DNA of 64,000 nt from Paragordius varius (GCA_964247055.1 OZ176058.1:2480001-2544000), one strand, 5' to 3'; shown: positions 1 to 20,590, numbered from the stretch's first letter. The notes: generated by a model not told the origin, from the letters alone. Translations and numbers: made by a program.

Positions 1-722
1 AATTTTTTTTAAAAATAATTTTTTTATAAAATAATTTTTAATATTAATATATTTTTTTCCAAATCTCTCTATATAAGTTTTATACTATAAAAATTTAGTT
101 TAGTTATATTTTAATTAATAAATAGAAAATAGAAAATTTTATGTAGATATATTATATTTTTATTTTATTTTTTTTTTGTTATTAAAAAAAATATCAAAAT
201 TAAAATAAATTAATATATTTATTAAAATAAATAATATTTCTTTATTTATTCATTATAATTTTTTAATAAATAAGGTATTGCCAATTAATTTAAAAAATAT
301 TAAATTATATAAATTTCCAACTATTGTATTATTATTATTATTTTTAAAATAAACTATTATATCATTGTTTTTAATGAAAATAATTTTAATTTAATAATTT
401 ATTAAAATTTTTATTTATTAATAATTTAGTTTATTCTATAAACTGATAAATTTAATTATTATATTATATAAAAAAAATTTATTTAATTTTAATTATAATC
501 TTAATTATATAAATATTATAATAGATTCTTATATAAAATAATTATACAATAGTTTTATATATATATATATATATATATTAATTTTTTACTATCAAATTTT
601 AAATTAGTTTAGTGCTATTTTCTTGAAAAAATAATTTAATTTTAAATTTAATAATTATATTTATTAGATTTTATTTTAAGTTAAATAATTTTTATAATTT
701 TTTTTATATGAATCTAATTTAG

Positions 723-8488
<7,766 letters not shown>

Positions 8489-10139
8489 TTTAACATATTT
8501 TTGCATAAAAAAGCAAAAAATGGAAGGATATGAAAGAAAATTAATATAATTATAAAAGAATTTGATTAACTATTGGAATTAACACCTTATGATAGTTGAT
8601 ATGTCTTAAAGAAAAAACTCTTATTCGCTACTGGAGAAACTGAAGATAAGAAAAAATAATGCTTAGAAATTAAAAGTACAAAAGAAATTGGATATTACTA
8701 GATAATATTAAGTATTTAATGTGGGTTCTATATGGTATTTCTTTGAAATTTAGGGTATATAATGGGTTATAAACATAAAATGATATTAATAATTTTTTTT
8801 GTATGATCAATCATGTCACACAATGACAAAAGTATCAATATATCATGAGAAATTTAAGATGTTAAGGAAACATTACCCTAATATTAAAGTGAACTGCTTA
8901 AGCAACAACTATGATTCCATTTTCTTTTTATAATGTATTAATATATGACAGATCTTTGTAACATTCACACAACTCAGCATTAAACCTTTTTGTGACTTAT
9001 TGAAATATAAATATTATATTAAATTATATTATATTTTAATTTATTAAAAATACTTTATGAATTAATAAATGCACGCGCTTTTCATTAGATATATTTGTAG
9101 AGGATAGTACTAACCCTCTATACTACTTAAAAATGGCCTGAATATAAAACAAACAGCAATCGAAATAGCATTAAAATATTTGAATTATATATGTTTTCAT
9201 ATGTCATTGTTGTCAGAGATTTAGTAAAAAATTATAGAAAAATTATGGCGAAAAGGCTAATATATACATAGAAGGATTATGTTTATAAATTGTATTTACT
9301 TTTATATTAGTTCTAAATTATTTTGGGAAAGAAAACGGTCGTTAAAAGTATTTTAAATTTTTCGCACAATATATGATTCTATATACAACAATCGATTTAT
9401 AATACATCTGATAATTGATTTATAATACATCTGATATTTAAAAGAGAATTTAACAATTTTAATAATTCTAATAGAATGCGGATAGATAATTATTTTTCTC
9501 AAGAAACCGCTTTCCAAATTGTTTTGGGGTAGAAAAGTGTTACAAATGTTTTTCAATTAATTTTTGCATAAAAATTATATGATTCTAAATACAACAATCA
9601 ATTTATATTACACATTATAGTTTTGTGCCAAAGTTAATTACATATTTTAATGAAGATCCACCAATATTTTTTTGAATTTAAATGTTTATAAAATTATCTT
9701 AGATATTTTTTTGCAATTAGTGTACAATGCATAAAAGAAAATTATTTAATTAAGTATTGAAAAAATTTTATATGCCATCTCATTAATTAATATTGTAATT
9801 GTAGATTAATAATTAATATTTTGTAAAAAAATAAAGACAATAATATACAAAAATTATCACTTTATGATCTTTTGGGGTAATTTTCTACTCCAGTAAAGTA
9901 TTATATTTTAAATATCTTAAAAAATATTTTATTGTAAATTTGAACATTTGCTTTCTCTACCCTTTTATAGGCGCATGTTACAATTTTTTTTGAGAAATGT
10001 AATAGTAAAAAAATTTTTAAAAAATATTCCAGCCGCTATTTTCCTTTAATTTTTTATTATATTGTTAATAAAACTGGCAAAAAATGTATATATGATTGAA
10101 GAATGAAATTAATTAACTTAAAAAGCTTTTAAATTAATA

Positions 10140-11877
10140 TTTTTCAGCAAAAAGCGCTGAGTTAAATACTTTGCCTTTAAAATTTGGAATCATCTTTAAT
10201 ACCATCGTCTCTCATAGATTATTCGAAAAACTTTTTCAACACTAAATAATTGTTATATGATGGCATATTTTTAGGGCATAAATGCCCTAAATTAACTGCT
10301 AATAAAAAAACGCCTGATTTTTTTACTTAGTACGGGTAATATTTTAAATATGGCTTTATAAATTTTCTGTAAATTAGCTCCAAAACAACGCAATTTCTAT
10401 ATAATGGCGCAGTTTTTGGCGGCTAGCTCCTTACCCAGGGGCAGGGATAAAATAGCGTTGGGCAAAATTTTTGCCTTTGTATAGGGAATATCTGAAATTA
10501 TCACGGAATATGTTCCTACTAGACTTATAGGTTATTGAAATTTGGCTCCAAAGACATGCTGTATCTATATGTCAAGCAATTTTACGCGGGTAGCCCTCTA
10601 ACCATGGGCGAAAATGCTCGATTAAAATTTTTGCCTTTATTCGGCTAATCCTGGAATATGATTGATTCCATTTCTCCCATGGGGTTTTCGGAAAATAGCC
10701 TCAAATCAAAAAGTTATTCTATGGTGGCGCATTTTTTAGGGCAAGGCACTAATTAAGGGGTAATTTAATATAACCGCTCTACATTTTTTTCTTTTTACGG
10801 GTAATATTTTTAAAGCCCTTGAACTCATATGGCTTGATAAGTTTTAAGTTGCCTCCAAAGTCACTCTGTATTGATATGGTGGCACAGTTGTAGGCGCGTA
10901 CACTACCCAGAGGCCAACATAAAAAAGACTTCGTTAAAATTTTTTTTGCCTTTATAGGGGAATACCCGCAATCATCTTCATTCCATACTTAATAGTTTTT
11001 AGAAGAATGGCTTCAAAACTAAATAAATTCAATGATAGTGCATTTATTAGGGCGTAAGGGGCCTAATTAACGACTAATTTAAAAAAACCGCTCAACTATA
11101 AATTTTTGCCTTTTTTCGGGTAATATTTCAGGCCCTTTTCAAACTTATGTGGCCTGCTCCTAAACAACGCAATTTTGATATGGTGGGGCAGTTTAAGGCG
11201 GGTAGCTCCCTACCCAGAAGCTGATAAAAAATGGCCTTGATTAAAATTTTTGCCTTTTTACGGAGAATACCTGAAATCATAGGCCTAAAAGCCTAATTAA
11301 CGGCTAATTTTAAAAACTGTACAGACTAATTTTTTGCTTTGTTACGGGTATTATTTTTAATCTCATATGGCCTCATGTTTTCTGAAGCCCCAAAGGCACG
11401 CTATTTCGATATGATAAGACAGTTTTTAGCGGGTATCTCCTTACCCAGCTACCAATATAAAAAAACGCACGACTAAAATTTTTGCCTTTTAACAGGAAAT
11501 ATCTGAAATCCTCATTAAATTTTTACTGCCTCATACCTTGAGGGGAAAATAGATTCAAAAAATTATTTTTGTGGACTTAGTTTTTTTAAAAAAATCATTT
11601 TACGGAGGGAGCGGGTAAAAGGAGGGCCTAAGTTAAAAAAGCGAGCCGACTATGTTCGGCCAAATCGAAAAAAAGTAAATAAAAATGATATCTGAAATCG
11701 AATGGTCCAACACGTTTTCCGTAAAATTATCTCAACACGATCTAGGGGCCTAATTCAAATAAAGGGAAGCTATTGTCGGGGCATTCATTATTGATTATAC
11801 TTCGATTTGGATAAGTCTACGGGTTTTCCGGAAACAGATCACAAAGCCGCCACTTTCAATTTTTATAAATGTATAGA
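10140..11877 (-). mobile_element. Non-autonomous Helitron with an internal ~160-bp subrepeat array (copy A; 3' end not recognised)
   Basis: The minus strand begins TCTATACATTTATAAAAA at 11877, the same terminus as the copies at 19618, 20591 and 37519. Shares the GCGAGCCGACTATGTTCGG and GGTTTTCCGGAAACAGATCA blocks and the GGCGCAGTTTTAGGCGGGTAGCTCC subrepeats. Confidence 0.7.
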
Positions 11878-11997
11878 TTTTTTCACTAACATACTTAAAT
11901 TATAACATGTTCATTTATATTAATTTTAAAGTTTAGGCCCTTTTGATTTTGAAGTAATAAATGTTAAAATTCCAATTTTACCGGAGAAGAGGGTTTC

Positions 11998-14760
11998 ATA
12001 ATCATCATCAGGTGCTGTTTCACCAGCATGAGCTAACTTCCAAATTCTTGAACGAAATTACTTGCAATCGAGACAGTGGTCTTTGATCAATTGAAGTTTA
12101 AGTCATAGCTGATTGTTTTTTCCCAGTTATAATATGGTCGGCTTCGCCTTAAATTGCCGTTCGGATGAAAGGATCTAATTTTGTTAATCCAACCATATGA
12201 GCGTTCCCAGTATCTGAGACGATTTGCTCTGAGAAAAGAAGACATAAGTGGGATTTGAAACGGACTATGTAAGCTTTTATATTATTTATTTTATTATTGT
12301 GGTACTGATTGTGGGGGCAGGGCGAATGGCATTCATCTAGATTTTGCCCTTGTTTGGGTTTAAAATGTTGTGTATCATTATATACTTGAGTGGATGGAAT
12401 CCAAACTTAATGTTTTCGTGTTGTTATAGATTTTTAATATTAATATTAGCTGATATTGTGTCACCCAGGTTGTACTTGTTTTTCGATGTTTAAAGATGGG
12501 AGGAAATGGTTGGCGTGGGATTGTCTGGGTTTATATCTAGTGTTGCACAAGTTTTACATTAAAATCTTTACTTATTAAACTTCCTTTAATTTGTTAGCCC
12601 TTTTTATGGACCCACAGCTGGCATTTAGTGCATTTTATGAAATTTAGTTTCACATCAGAGTGACAAATGAAAAGAAATTATAATACACAGGTGAAGGTAA
12701 TTAAAGCCGTTTTATCTGTGTTAATTTGAGGCCGAATTATTCCTACAAGATTTCCAGAGGTTATATTTATTGATAATGACTGTTTCGCTGGTGGATATTA
12801 GTATTATGTCATCAGCGTATTTCAAAGGATAAACCTGTTTTTATATTATCAGTTATTACATCTATAGTGATGATAAATACTAATGAACTGAGGATGCACC
12901 CTGGTGTAGTCCGACAGTTAAGAATTTTCTCCCACGCGGGAGTTCTCTCGCAACTAGTGGTGTTCTCATTTGGTAATTTTTTATTTTTATTATCCATTCC
13001 AAGATTTCTTCTTTTCGTAACACAAATGTGATCATGGACCGCGGGATGCAGTCAAATTCAAATATTTTTGCATCTGTAGTTCTCTTGTAACCTGCTATAA
13101 TATGGCGTCAAAGGTGCTGACACCCTGTTGAAAACCAAATTGGGTTTCGTCAATTGAAAGCTAACGCATTTTCCTTTCTATTATAATTTCGAATAATTTT
13201 GTTGAATGTTCAAGTAATCTTAATGGTCTGTAGGAGGCGCAGTTAAGCATGTCGCCCTTGTTTATATATATTGGAATTATGATACTTTGGTTCAAGTCAT
13301 TTAAGATTTTTTCCTTCATTATACTCAGATTTAATAGCTCTGTGAAATAGGTAATTGCTTCAGGAATATTTTTGTACATTTCAGTTTTAATTTCCGTTGG
13401 ACCAGATGCCTTATTGATTTTACATTTTTGCATGGCTAAGCTCACATCTTCTGCAGTAATAATTGGGGTTGGCCCAATAACTGGAGGTAAGTTTGGGATC
13501 TCGATATTTGAATGCTGGAAATTCAGTGTATTTTGCATGTATTGTGTCCATACATTTTGAATGCTAAAAGTGTCAGTAACTGTGTTGTTATTTTTATCTT
13601 TTATGGCCTTCACTACCCGAATATCTTTTTTATTATTTTTAATATTTTTTAGTGTTTTAAAAACTTTTAAGTTTTTAATTTCTCCCTCAAGTTTTTTGGC
13701 CATTTCCAAACATCTTTCATTCATTTTGTCAGCTATTATTTTCTTTACTCTTTTTTTAACCATTATGTAAAAATGTTTGTCATCATCATGTTTAGAAGCT
13801 TTCCATTTCTTAAAGGCATCTCTTTTCTCATTCAATAAGGGTTTAATATCGCTTTGCCACCACCATTGAGATTTTGTTTTGGTACGTTTTCTTCCGCAGA
13901 TTTTGGAAACGTTTGAGAGAAGGGTGTTTTTGAGATGCTCCCAGCCGTCATGAACGTTGTTAGGGGAATGTTTTAGTTCAGGTGTAATTTGGTTGATGTA
14001 TTGATGCTTTGTTTTAGGATCATTAAGTTTTGCAACGTTAAGTTGTGGCAATTTTTTAGGGCTAGGTCGGTTCTTATTTATTATTAAAAAAGCAACTATT
14101 AGTTTATGTTGTGTATCATATTCATGGGTTTTGATGTTAATTATAAGTTTTAATTGTCTATTCATAAAAACAAAATCATTTTGAGTGTGCTTTCCCTTTT
14201 TATATGCATGTATTAGACTGGGTTTTTTTTATAAAATGTGTATTGCAAATCAATAGGTCTACACCACTTCAAAATTCTAAAAGCGTTTCGCCCTCTTTGT
14301 TGCATGACCAATACCTACTCCATCGTGTACACCTTCGTAACCATCGGCGTACATTCCAATGTGTCCATTGAAACTCCGCCGATAAAAAGTATGTCATTTG
14401 TGGGAACATATTGTGCAATCTGATAAAGCTGGTTCGATTCCAGTTTGGTAGTTTTCTTTTGACTCTGTTGATTATAGATATATATTATGTTAAGGGTTGT
14501 ATTATTGAGAACCATTCGCATTTGAACAATTCTCTCGTTGTGACGTGTTTATTTATTTTAATTTAGTTTATGGCTACTCCTGATTTCCCTGTTTTTCCCC
14601 CTTCATAATAACGTGTCCCTTCATGTCGATAGTTACCTCCGTTTTTAAATGCTTCTTGTAAACAACTAATATCAAGTTTTTGTTCTTTAATTACATTTAT
14701 TATCATCCAAGCTTTTCCAACAAGGGTTCCGACATTCCATGCCAAATATAAATATAATTA
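11998..14760 (-). mobile_element. Decayed non-LTR retrotransposon, RTE-like (APE endonuclease + reverse transcriptase)
   Basis: Minus-strand fragments: AWNVGTL...DISCLQE (APE start, ORF 14563-14745); DTQHKLIVA; SGPTEIKTEMYK...YRPLRLLEH (ORF 13161-14165); GLHQG near 12900; YADD near 12810; (TGA)n-like 3' tail at about 11998-12010. Many stops and frameshifts. Confidence 0.85.
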
Positions 14761-15743
14761 TTATTATTGTGCAGTATAAAAATAAATAAAATGAAGTTTC
14801 AGAGGACGCTTTTTAAAAAGTATTTAGTCATTGGTATTTCGCTGTTAAACATGGTAAAGTAATGAGGTTTATAGACTATATGTCCTTCCAACCTCTTAAC
14901 TCGGAGTATTTGCTGTACCAGGCTAGAGAGTGTCTGAAAAGACTTCGATCTCAATCCGATTGTAAGTTTAAGTCTGCGGCCGAGGGAGGTGCCTTTCCGG
15001 GCTTTGGAAACTCCCAATCCATCTTTCGTTTTAAGAACTTAATAATTCATTTATCATCGGGCTGCTCGTTAGAACAGCCAGATAAACCCGCTTTAAAACC
15101 ATGTGTGTGAATACAGGCATTGTGGTATTTTGTAAGAAAATGAGACAGCCAATCTCAATTCCGCCACGCCGCACACACTAGTTTCCCTCCTTATGGATTG
15201 ATGTTCATTGACTGTTCTTTACAAACAGTGCCGCTTCCGTTAGCGTTATTCAGGATGCCCCGCGAAGAGGTGGAAGTTGGTTTTTGCTCCCAGGAGAGGA
15301 GAGTTTAATCATTAAAATTTAACGAGTAATCTTATAATGTCATCCAAAAAATGAAAGAGAATGATATAATAAATTATAAATTTCTTACATAAAAACTACA
15401 GTTTTGAAATAATTTATAGTGCCACTAATTTACCTATTGCCCATATTTTAGCCTATCGGTAAGAGATTACATTAAAATTTTAAGGTAGTTGTCTTTTAAT
15501 ACAAAAAATTATTTAGATTATATATAGATATATATATATATATAATTTAACTGAGATTTACGCCGATTTTTTTTTTAAAATTCCAAATGCAACACAAAAA
15601 ACATATTTAATCAAAATACAGTTTTGGCCAATCTATAAATATTATAATAATTTTTAGTTTAGTTTTGTTTTATTTAACAAAATACAATAAAATTATTTAA
15701 ATATTTTTAATATCACAAATCCCTAAAATATATATAAATGTAT

Positions 15744-16136
15744 TTATTCATCCTCTTTGGTTTGAATAGAATCCATTAATTGGGTAATATTTTTTTCTAA
15801 ATCATCAATTTTAGATCCCATTTCATCTAGTGCACATTGAAATTAAAGTTAAGGAATACTCCTGCAAAGTTATTTAATATATATTTTATATTGTATATAA
15901 AAAGGATATTTTTTGACGATATATCAGTGTAAGATTCTTCAAATTTGTCCTGCATATTTTCTAGCAATGACTGAACCTAAAATATAAACAAATCTACTAA
16001 CAAAATTGGTTAAATCCTGCGCCGTTTCAATTTTATCCAAATCTATCAGCCCATTAGTTTCCGATTGCTTTTCAACAGTATTTTTCTTTTCACATGTGGA
16101 ATCCTCAACAGACGTTTTCTTTAAATCGCCTTCCAT
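15744..16136 (-). CDS. HSBP1: Heat shock factor binding protein 1 (95 aa), 3 coding exons
   Basis: Exons 16136-16002, 15976-15910, 15829-15744. Spliced product MEGDLKK...IETAQDLTNF|VQSLLENMQDKFEESYTDISSK|IDEMGSKIDDLEKNITQLMDSIQTKEDE* matches the HSBP1 pattern (QDLT.FVQ.LL..MQDKF.....I...ID.M..RIDDLEKNI..LM). Intron 1 is 25 nt GT-AG; intron 2 is 80 nt AT-AC. A probable 5'UTR acceptor lies at 16238-16240. Confidence 0.93.
15830..15909 (-). other. U12-type (minor spliceosome) AT-AC intron
   Basis: 5' end ATATCCTTT (15909-15901), branch site TTCCTTAAC (15856-15848), 3' end CAC. Removal restores the HSBP1 frame (K|I-D-E-M). Confidence 0.92.
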
Positions 16137-17009
16137 TAAAATGTTATTTTTATGTTTAAAATAATTATTTTGTTAACACTTGGATACACTTCATTTAGAT
16201 ACTTCTATTCCTATTGAGGTAGTTGGATACCTCAGGCCTGTTTAAAAAAAAATTCTTAAATAATATGCAACGAATCAAAATTGGCAATATTTTGCACTTT
16301 ATAACATTAATACTATATAAAAAATAATTATTCAAATTAATATTAAGTATTTAAAGCTAAAACCCAATGAAAAAAGTTTGGTCAACGTGACATGTCTGCA
16401 ATGGTAAAATTGAATAATAATACAAAATAAACCATTTTTTCCATTTCTATCAATGTTAGATGTAACTTATATATAAATTTTTAATTTTATCCTCAAAATT
16501 AAAGGCAATATTTTGCAAATAATTTCTAAATTGCGTCGAAGTATTTTAACATAGAACTTTTACTAAATTTTATTTAAATAATCTGGCATTTATATAATTT
16601 TTATTAAGATAGAAGCATAAATTTAAATTCGGACCGTTTCCTTCAGTAGCTTTTTAAAAATCCTAACTTAAAATTAATCTGGGATTTAGATGCCCCAGTT
16701 AAAATCGAAGTGTTAATTTGATAGATTAGCTAGAGGATTTTAACATCTTGTAATATAATATATTTAAAGATTACTTAAAAAGCCCAGATATAGTGATAAT
16801 TTAATATAATTTTTATTCTCTGCCCCTAAAAATAAGAAAAATATTTATTTGCAAATCAATAAATTTAATATTATAGTATTCACTAGTTTATGTATTTATT
16901 CAATAATATTTTTGTTTTAAAAAATTTAAGAAAAAAAATAACTTTACTTCCCAGAACTCATTTTGTATTAATGAGTAATACTGCGTCCACAATCGGAAGG
17001 TGGATAAAG

Positions 17010-18190
17010 ATAACTTTATAAAATATATATTCTGAGGAGAAAAAATCAGATTTAAAATGGTGTTTTGGGGTTTTATTACGAGTGATATGAGAAAGTTATT
17101 TATACTTTTGTAGTAATTGCCTAATATCAGAGAATCGCAAAATTTGCGCATATTTTTTATAAATTTTTTGAAGAAAATGCTTGATTCCAAAAATATCACT
17201 AAAATATTTCATAAACTCTCTAAAATATCAAAACAACATTAAAAATTTTCTAATTTAGATGAGAAAAGTCCCAATTTTTTTTCTTTTTTAAAATGGGCTA
17301 GATCTCTTAAAAACGCAAAAATGCCGGGATTTGGCGATTTAATTATATAGTATTAACATAAAAGTTTATTAAAAAATGTATATTTTTTAAAATTTATTTA
17401 GCAAAATTTTGTTAAAGGGTACTTCATTTTATGAGTCATGATGGATACGGTACAAAAACGCTTTTAATTTTCCACTATTGATGCCGATTCTCTTGCCTTA
17501 GAATTTTAAGGTTCTTTAATTTTCCAATTTCAGTAGATTTCTGTAAAAAAATTATTTATATTTACCAAAAATTTGCAGACAAGTGATTATTTTAATCCGA
17601 ATTCTGAGATGAAATGTTTGGCATCATTGAATTATATTGTAAAAGTGTTTTTATATTATCTCAAAAGATATTTATACCGTTACTATCTTGCATAAAAGTT
17701 AGTCAACATATTTTGCTAAAAATTATTAAAAAAAATTATTAAAAAAAGTATTAAATAAATTAGTTTAAAATAAACTATATATTAAATTTTTATCGCAAAA
17801 TCCCGGCATATTTTATTTTAATAGATTTAGCCATATTGAAAAAATTTGGGACTTTGACCCCACACTTAAATATCAAAATATTTTAAAAATATTAATTTGC
17901 TTTTTTAGGGAGTTTATGATATATAATATATATTTTTTGTAATCAAGCATATCACTAAAAAAATTTATTTATATGCGCAAATTTTGCCATTTTCTGATAT
18001 GGAGCAATCTACAAAAGTGTAAATAACTTTTGGGTTATCTTTTAAAAAAATATATTTGTCTTTTTATTTATATTTTTTGTCCGTATTGTCACAAGTAATG
18101 ATGCTTAAATTTCTTAAAATACGTGTTATTATTCCAAAAGCACCATGATAATTTCATTTTACATATCAAAAAATATATATTTTAACAATT
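17010..18190. mobile_element. Fold-back element with long imperfect inverted arms
   Basis: AAAATTTGCGCATAT (17140) / ATATGCGCAAATTTT (17971); AAAAGTCCCAATTTTTT (17264) / AAAAAATTTGGGACTTT (17838); ATGCCGGGATTT (17321) / AAATCCCGGCAT (17798). Arms are collinear in inverted order; boundaries approximate. Confidence 0.7.
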
Positions 18191-18331
18191 TATTTTTTGT
18201 CGTCACTGTGTAATCCATAGAGAAGTGTTTTGATACCATACTCGATATACCTTTTATAAATAATATATATTCTATAATGATATTTAGAATATAATATTTA
18301 GTTTTTACCTAAAATTTTATATGATATAAAG

Positions 18332-19807
18332 CAGGGCTTCTTAAACCTCTGTAGTTACCGACCCCATTTATGATTGTGAGTTTCTTAACGACCTCAACAA
18401 ATGTAAAAGAAAAATAATAATTTCTTCGAAATATCACTTGGAAAATCGTTGATAATATTTATCAGGATTATTTCGGTTTTGAGAAATTAAAAAATATATC
18501 TACATTTTTTATAAATTTCTATTACATTTTCTGATTTACAGTAAATTTATACAAGATACTAGCTGGCCCTGTCACGCTTCGGTGTGACGTAGTCTCACCG
18601 ATAATTCTTAATAATTTGCAATAAATAAAGTTAATGGAGAAAAAAAATAATAATAAACATATTTAATAAAAAGAATGTCTTTAATTATTATTTTACGGGT
18701 TTTTGCATAGGCTGAAATATTGTTTACTCGAAATTGACCATATATAATCTGTCCCTTATTAAAGTTACTATTCAACTATATTTTAACTTAAGATTTTTTT
18801 ACGGAATCATGGTTAAAAGTTCTAATTTTTAATTGTGTTCATACAGTATGCCTATTTTGTATGGCGTCTCAGTTTTAAGCCGGTATCCCTATTCATAGAC
18901 CTATATGGAAAAAGCGCTGAGCTTTATAGAGCAATATTTGGAATCATCTTTAAAACCATCGTCTCATGGGTTAATCAAAAAAATACCTCAACACTTAATA
19001 ATCGTTATGTAATGGCTTAGGGCATAAAGGCCCCAAATTACCGGCTAATTAAAAAACACGACCTTAATTTTTACCTAGTTAGGGGTAATATTTTAAGCTT
19101 TTAATGAGTTCATATGCCTGCATAAATTTTCTGTTAATTAGCTTCAAAACAACGCAATTTTTATATAGTGGCGCAGTTTTAGCGGCCATCTGTTTACCCA
19201 CAATATTAAAAAAACTCAAGACTATAATTTTTGCCTTTTAACATAGAATAACTCGAATCCTCAGTGAATTTAACGGTCTCATACACTGGGCAAAAAATTT
19301 AGTTTTTTTTGAAAAAAAATGAAATTTTACGGGTGGAACGGGTAAATAAAGAGCCTAAATTAAAAAAGTAAACCGATTGGGTTTGGCGCAATCGAAAAAA
19401 AGTAATAAAAATTATATTTGAAATCGAATGCACGGTTTTTCAGACTTCTGTTTTCAAAAAAACCCGTTTACACTGGGTGGGCCCGAACTGGGGGCCTAAT
19501 TCAAAAAAAGGGTGAAGCTATTGTCAGGGCATTCATTATACATTTGGATATGAATGGGTCGACCGGTTTTCCGGAAACAGATCATAAAGCCAGCATTTTC
19601 TTTTTATAAATATATAGATTATGATGATCGGAATAGAAATGCTGGTATAAACAGTCTTTCCGAACCAGAAGATTTCATGATATTTATCTACGATGATTGT
19701 TATTTTTCTTTATAACAATATTATGTTAAAAAACATTTTTTGTTATATTGTATTTTTATCACTCGCGACCCGATATGGTGTCACGACTCATAGTTTAAGA
19801 AGCACTG
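18332..19807 (+). mobile_element. hAT (Buster/Charlie-type) MITE carrying a nested Helitron
   Basis: TIRs CAGGGCTTCTTAAAC and GTTTAAGAAGCACTG; perfect 8-bp TSD ATATAAAG (18324-18331 and 19808-19815) with TA at positions 4-5, typical of Buster-type hATs. Confidence 0.9.
18559..19618 (-). mobile_element. Full-length non-autonomous Helitron (copy B, 1060 bp)
   Basis: Minus strand: 5' TCTATATATTTATAAAAAG at 19618; 3' hairpin GTCACGC-TTCG-GTGTGAC (18571-18588) 8 nt from a terminal CTAG (18559-18562); inserted between A and T with no TSD. Confidence 0.85.
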
Positions 19808-20590
19808 ATATAAAGTTATTTTCGCCACTTTTCTTAGCTTAATCAGTAAAAGATTTTTATTTCCATAAGACATAAAACCCCTGACCCATTTTTATATTTG
19901 GAAAATATTATTATTAAGATGCGCACTGTTATACAGAAAAAAAAAGTTTGAATGATAATAACTTTTATACCCTTTCTACTATGATTCAAAATAATACGCT
20001 TCAACAAAAGCTATAAAAATAATATTTTTAACAAAGTATATATTATATTTAAAATAACATCTTATAAGACATTTCAAATCATAAGGTAATAAAAAATTGT
20101 TATTTAATTTATATATGTATATATAAAAATAACATACTTCAACCGAAATCGAAGGATTAGAACACCTGAAAGATATATATTTGATTATGTGCTTTTAGTT
20201 ATGGCCATTACGAGTGGTGTATAAGTAATTTTTTTTAAAACGTATTGGTAGAATATTTTGAGGACTAGTTTTAATTTATAGATAAATTGTTTATTAATAA
20301 TTCGTATAAATACTAAATTTCATTTTATTTAGTATTTTAATACTAAATGGAATCGGTATACATTAAGGATGATCATTTTGTGAAAAGTCTCAACTCATTA
20401 AAAATGGGAAAGAAAAATTTATTGGGTTAATTGTAAAATACTTAATGGCATTATAAAACTAATTTAATCAACAATTTTGGGGTAGTTTATACCCCAGAGC
20501 GATTTGAAATTTAATATCTTAAAAATTAGGCCATTAAACGCCGAATTTAAAAATATGCTTATTTTAGTCTTTTGGGCGCATTATACAGAA

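Noticed and set aside
1-722. Extremely AT-rich stretch with a (TA)n run
   Set aside because: Ordinary intron upstream of the first visible HECT exon; no supportable feature.
8780-9000. Moderately complex sequence downstream of the HECT stop
   Set aside because: No open frame or motif; probably 3'UTR or eroded TE.
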